Assembly (NCBI GenBank): GCA_965202665.1
Contig: OZ241841.1
Span: forward strand, 1,632,001 to 1,696,000
Length of the DNA: 64,000 bases
Direction: 5' to 3'
DNA from: Candidatus Spongiisociaceae bacterium
GTDB lineage: Bacteria; Actinomycetota; Acidimicrobiia; Spongiisociales; Spongiisociaceae
Shown here: positions 63,472 to 64,000 of the stretch, one piece after another
How the letters are laid out: each line of letters opens with the position of its first letter
Numbering within the stretch: position 1 is the first letter of the stretch
Translations under genes and position numbers: made by a program
Notes under the pieces: generated by a model
The model's input: the letters and a program-made list of their open reading frames with translations, nothing else
What the model was told of the DNA's origin: nothing
Databases searched by the model: none

Positions 63472-64000
63472 CTATCACATTTTCGGCTTCTAGAATAGTG
63501 TCTGATACCAATTATCTTTTTGGTATACCCTATACTATACTATCGGAAGGCCTGTGGGAAGATACTGGTTCTGATTTTGCAAAGACAGAGTATATTTCCC
63601 AAGCCATAACTGTTTCAGTTACTGTTTCGTTTGAGGTATCCAAGTATCATCGTTGGACGAAGAGTTGGCGAGACGAACTCAGCTTAGATGCTAAGAATAA
63701 ACTAAACGAAGAGGCCTTAAAAGCAGTTGAAGAGTTAAAATTACTATTAAAAATCTCAGAAAAAAATTTGGCAAAGTTAGTGGATATTTCGCGTAATAGT
63801 TTTCGCAATTGGCGTAATGGACAAGGCGCATATCCAAGTACTACTAGTAAATTATTTCAAATATTGCATTTGATTTCCGCTCTAAAGCTTGTTATGAGTC
63901 AAAGACAGATGCTTGCCTGGTTGAACGAGCCAGATAATAAGAATCCTTCTTTCACCAGGTTGGATATACTATCTCAGCCAGATGGGCCTGCTTTAGTTTC
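63468..64000 (+). CDS. XRE-type HTH protein with Xre/ParS/MbcA antitoxin-like C-terminal region (runs off the right edge)
   Basis: Manual translation, open to the window end: ...LKISEKNLAKLVDISRNSFRNWRNG (HTH)...QMLAWLNEPDNKNPSFTRLDILSQPDG; ATGA overlap with the upstream gene; very AT-rich. Confidence 0.65.
   Translation, partial: MTITFSASRIVSDTNYLFGIPYTILSEGLWEDTGSDFAKTEYISQAITVSVTVSFEVSKYHRWTKSWRDELSLDAKNKLNEEALKAVEELKLLLKISEKNLAKLVDISRNSFRNWRNGQGAYPSTTSKLFQILHLISALKLVMSQRQMLAWLNEPDNKNPSFTRLDILSQPDGPALV

Noticed and set aside
62403-64000. Classical tRNA-integrated island with an att duplication at tRNA-Arg
   Set aside because: The low-GC DNA lies on the 5' side of the minus-strand tRNA; no integrase or duplicated tRNA 3' end is visible in the window.

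Overview
High-GC bacterial chromosomal segment, most consistent with an actinobacterium (Acidimicrobiia-like; inferred from gene content and order, no marker search run). In order: the 5' part of dnaB and the rpsF-ssb-rpsR-rplI operon (-); glutaminyl cyclase, MoxR ATPase and SMP-30 genes (-); a DrrAB-type ABC exporter; an 11-subunit complex I-like operon (nuoABCDHIJKLMN, no nuoEFG); an AAA_14/DUF4143-type ATPase behind an AT-rich double palindrome; a small gene split by a C13 tract; a 24.2-kb gene for an 8,080-aa secreted Calx-beta-like repeat protein with cadherin-like and SLH domains, preceded by a C12 tract; a branched-chain amino-acid-type ABC transporter with two tandem double-domain binding lipoproteins; a frameshifted HTH gene; a complete but frameshifted ISL3 element; tRNA-Thr(TGT); six housekeeping/envelope genes; tRNA-Arg(CCT); and the start of a low-GC operon (TIGR04255-like protein plus an Xre/ParS-like HTH protein) running off the right edge. 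The best candidates for new biology are that terminal operon (possible tripartite toxin-antitoxin/defence module), the giant surface protein with its poly-C-linked leader, and a shared TGTCAC-N10 promoter motif in front of ssb and dnaB. Family calls come from recognising motifs by eye, not from database searches.
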